A stretch of DNA of 64,000 nucleotides, taken from NCBI RefSeq assembly GCF_004010195.1, contig NC_057718.1:59693622-59757621 (forward strand), in the 5' to 3' direction. Each line of letters opens with the position of its first letter. The stretch's first letter is position 1. Positions 61,600-64,000 of the stretch are shown in pieces. The translations under genes and the position numbers were made by a program. The notes beneath the pieces are model-generated. The model was not told the origin of the DNA, did not search any database, and worked only from the letters and a program-made list of their open reading frames with translations. The stretch is from Chiloscyllium plagiosum. Its lineage: Eukaryota.

Positions 61600-63350
61600 A
61601 AAGATTCTACCCTTTGTCTCTTCCAAGTAGGTATTGATGAAAATGTTCACAACCAAAGACCATAGTCAGGCACTTCTTCTCGATCTGAATGTAGTGTCAT
61701 TCTATTTGCATTAATATCCAGGATGTAAATCAACTTATTGTTCTTTCTGCATTAGTGTTCTGCCAAGTTCTCATCTCACTAACTTCACACTGCAGTTCTT
61801 TCAGCACTTATACTGTAATATTTCAGTACTGGCGTTGACATCACTAGTTGCTCAATACTAGTGAATGCTACTTATTGTTCTGTGCCACAATGCTACTGCA
61901 GGTCATTGTCACCGAGGTAGTGTAGCAGTCGAAAATCTGGGCAAGAATTACGCTAAGTAGTTGACAAACCCAACAATGTTGGTTTCTACATCACTGCTGC
62001 AACTCTCACATTTTTAGGCTCTGGGCAAAGATCTTTTCCTGTCAGTACATGGCCTATGTACTTGATATCGAATATCTTTATTGAAATTTTTTTCTTGTTC
62101 AGCTTCAGGTTCACCTGGTGAGCTTTGTTGGGTATTTCTGCTCCATTTTGATCCTGCTCTGCAATGGCTTCTTCTATTGTTTATCTTCATCCATAAACTA
62201 GTGGATCATCGACTATGACGTCCACTCTGGGAAAATCACTAACTATCTCATGTTATCAATATTGATGCTCCTCTGGAGACTTAAAATGTCAGTAGAAGGT
62301 GCAACTATCTGTAACTCCTGACTGGCATCCATAATATGGTTAGAAAGCCGTTGCTTTCATCTAGCGTCATGTACCGTGTCACCATCCATCACTTCTAGAG
62401 TAGTGATGATTTTTGCCTTTGCAAGATTTGCAAAATTTCTTCAGTTGTTGCACAGGAGCTGTGAGATCTCTTTAAGACTTTATTGGATCGATACAGTCAT
62501 TGCATACTCTTAGTTTTCCAGGTTGCTTTTGTTCTACCATGCTACTAACTCATTCTATAGAAGTTGCCACTTTATTCCCTTCTTTTCCAGCTCTTCTAGC
62601 TTACCTTCAAGACTGGCCTTGATGGCAGCATTCCAACAATCACAAATTATTCATCACGCATTGAAGCTACTCAACCAACTTGTTTTATGGTGTAGAGTGA
62701 TTCGTCAGAAACTTCAGCTGATATCTCTCCAGTGGCTAGTTCTGCCTGTTTGTTGTACTTGTTTCTGGCCAAATAATGATTTGTTTCTTGTACTGCAAAC
62801 TCTGCTTTCTTCAAGCTAGGTATCTCTTTTATTTTTCCTTAGTGTAATCTCATCCATAGTATTTGCATACTGCCTTTTGTCCATGATCATTCTGACCTTT
62901 TGCCTTGATCAACTCCTTTTTCAATTTATTCACAAAATATTGAATACATACTATCAAATGTTCCAGCCTCTAGGGTTCCAAAGTTTGCCTTCAAGGTTTT
63001 CTGCAGTTTTTTTTGTTCTTCAGAGAGACAAAGGGTGAAATACATATTGAAAAATACACTGCCTTCCCAGTGGTGTTAAAAGTGTGGTTACTTGTAGCTG
63101 TTCTGGCTTGTTAATTAAATCTGCTGAAATCTTCTTTTTTAACCATTAAAAATTGAAAAACTGAGAATCTGTTTCATATCACCTTTCACTTCCACTGGCA
63201 CCAGGAAAGAAAAATTTGTGGTCATTATGTTTTAACCAGTGATCCAGTTGTAGCCTGCTTCTTTGTCCTTTTTTTGTTGCTTCCTTTAACTTTTTCCAGC
63301 TTTCAGCAGTTTTGAATGTTCCTGGGTTCCTTTCATATTAGCTGTACACA
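61600..63350 (-). pseudogene. Gypsy gag-pol remnant (RT and RNase H recognisable)
   Basis: Minus strand: LRVC..CIDP..LKRSH...TTEEIL, LKLNKKK, IKYIGHVL, and RNase H YIQIEKKCLTMVFGCEHFHQYLLGR. Confidence 0.8.
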
Positions 63351-63387
63351 TCTCTTCAACAATCAATTCAACTCCAGTGTGACACTG

Positions 63388-63502
63388 TGTTATGAGTTTG
63401 TAGGATAGCAGTTAGTTGTACTGTGACTTTAATGAACTGGCTGGAAGATAGATGACGACAGTGAGTGTACAGTATTGTGGTAGAGGTCATGTGGCTATGA
63501 CA
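63388..63502 (-). mobile_element. Candidate short 5' LTR of the Gypsy element
   Basis: Minus strand TGTCATAG...ATTAAA...CTCATAACA, followed by a degenerate PBS-like CAGTGTCA, upstream of gag-pol. Confidence 0.45.
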
Positions 63503-64000
63503 AAGCAGGAGGCACATTAGTACAGTATTGAATTTCTATCCCAAACAATCATGGTCACAATAGTAATTTCTAATAGAACTAGTTAAAAGAAAAATAAGGC
63601 AGATTTTGTAATACTTATTTGAAAATAAAATATTCATAGGCTTCGCTAAAAATCTCTATCTAAAACACCATAAGCATTACTAGGAACTATGCTCATTTAA
63701 ATGATAACATTAAACAAAGAGTGGCATTTCTGCAGGTAAGAAGCATTATTACATACTAATGGCTACTGTTCCTCAAAGAAGTTGTAAAGAAATTGTTTTT
63801 TTTCTAGATATACATTACCAATCCTGCAAAACATAAGTGTTACTGTTCTTTTATCCAGATTTCTACTGAACAACTTCCCCTGCACTTTGAGGAAATACCT
63901 CTGCATGTAATCAACAGCAAAGGCAATTTATCGCTTTGTATTCTTTAGACGAATGATAGATATCACTAGAACATAAAGAAACTGTCAAAAATTGATATTA

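Noticed and set aside
63720..63950. Possible donor (CAG|GTAAGA) and acceptor (TTCTTTTATCCAG) pair
   Set aside because: Short frames with stops and no recognisable product. Could be non-coding or chance.
1..64000. CRISPR arrays, prokaryotic operons or defence systems
   Set aside because: Vertebrate repeat landscape with no regularly spaced repeat-spacer array and no dense coding sequence.

Overview
Eukaryotic, AT-rich, repeat-dense non-coding DNA. The repeat set (CR1/HER1-type LINEs with (CTATGACT)n tails, HE1/V-SINEs, Deu-type SINEs, Penelope-like elements, Harbinger and Gypsy fossils) points to a cartilaginous fish, probably a shark; this is an inference. I found no convincing host coding exon. 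Every ORF-track entry with recognisable motifs is transposon-derived. The main content is one near-full-length degenerate CR1, several truncated CR1s, SINEs, three solo LTRs, a fragmented Gypsy element with nested insertions, two assembly gaps and several repeat-free, enhancer-like blocks. The most interesting signal is a recurring architecture in at least three Penelope-like (PLE) families, most copies carrying minimal hammerhead ribozymes: TSD, inverted arm, filler DNA, arm, TSD, with a ~34-42 nt tail on one arm. The filler ranges from none, to ~90 bp copied in inverted orientation from the adjacent flank, to ~130 bp, to ~1.9 kb of unrelated DNA. This suggests PLE-mediated capture of host DNA. 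Boundaries of old elements are approximate, and all comparisons were made by eye.
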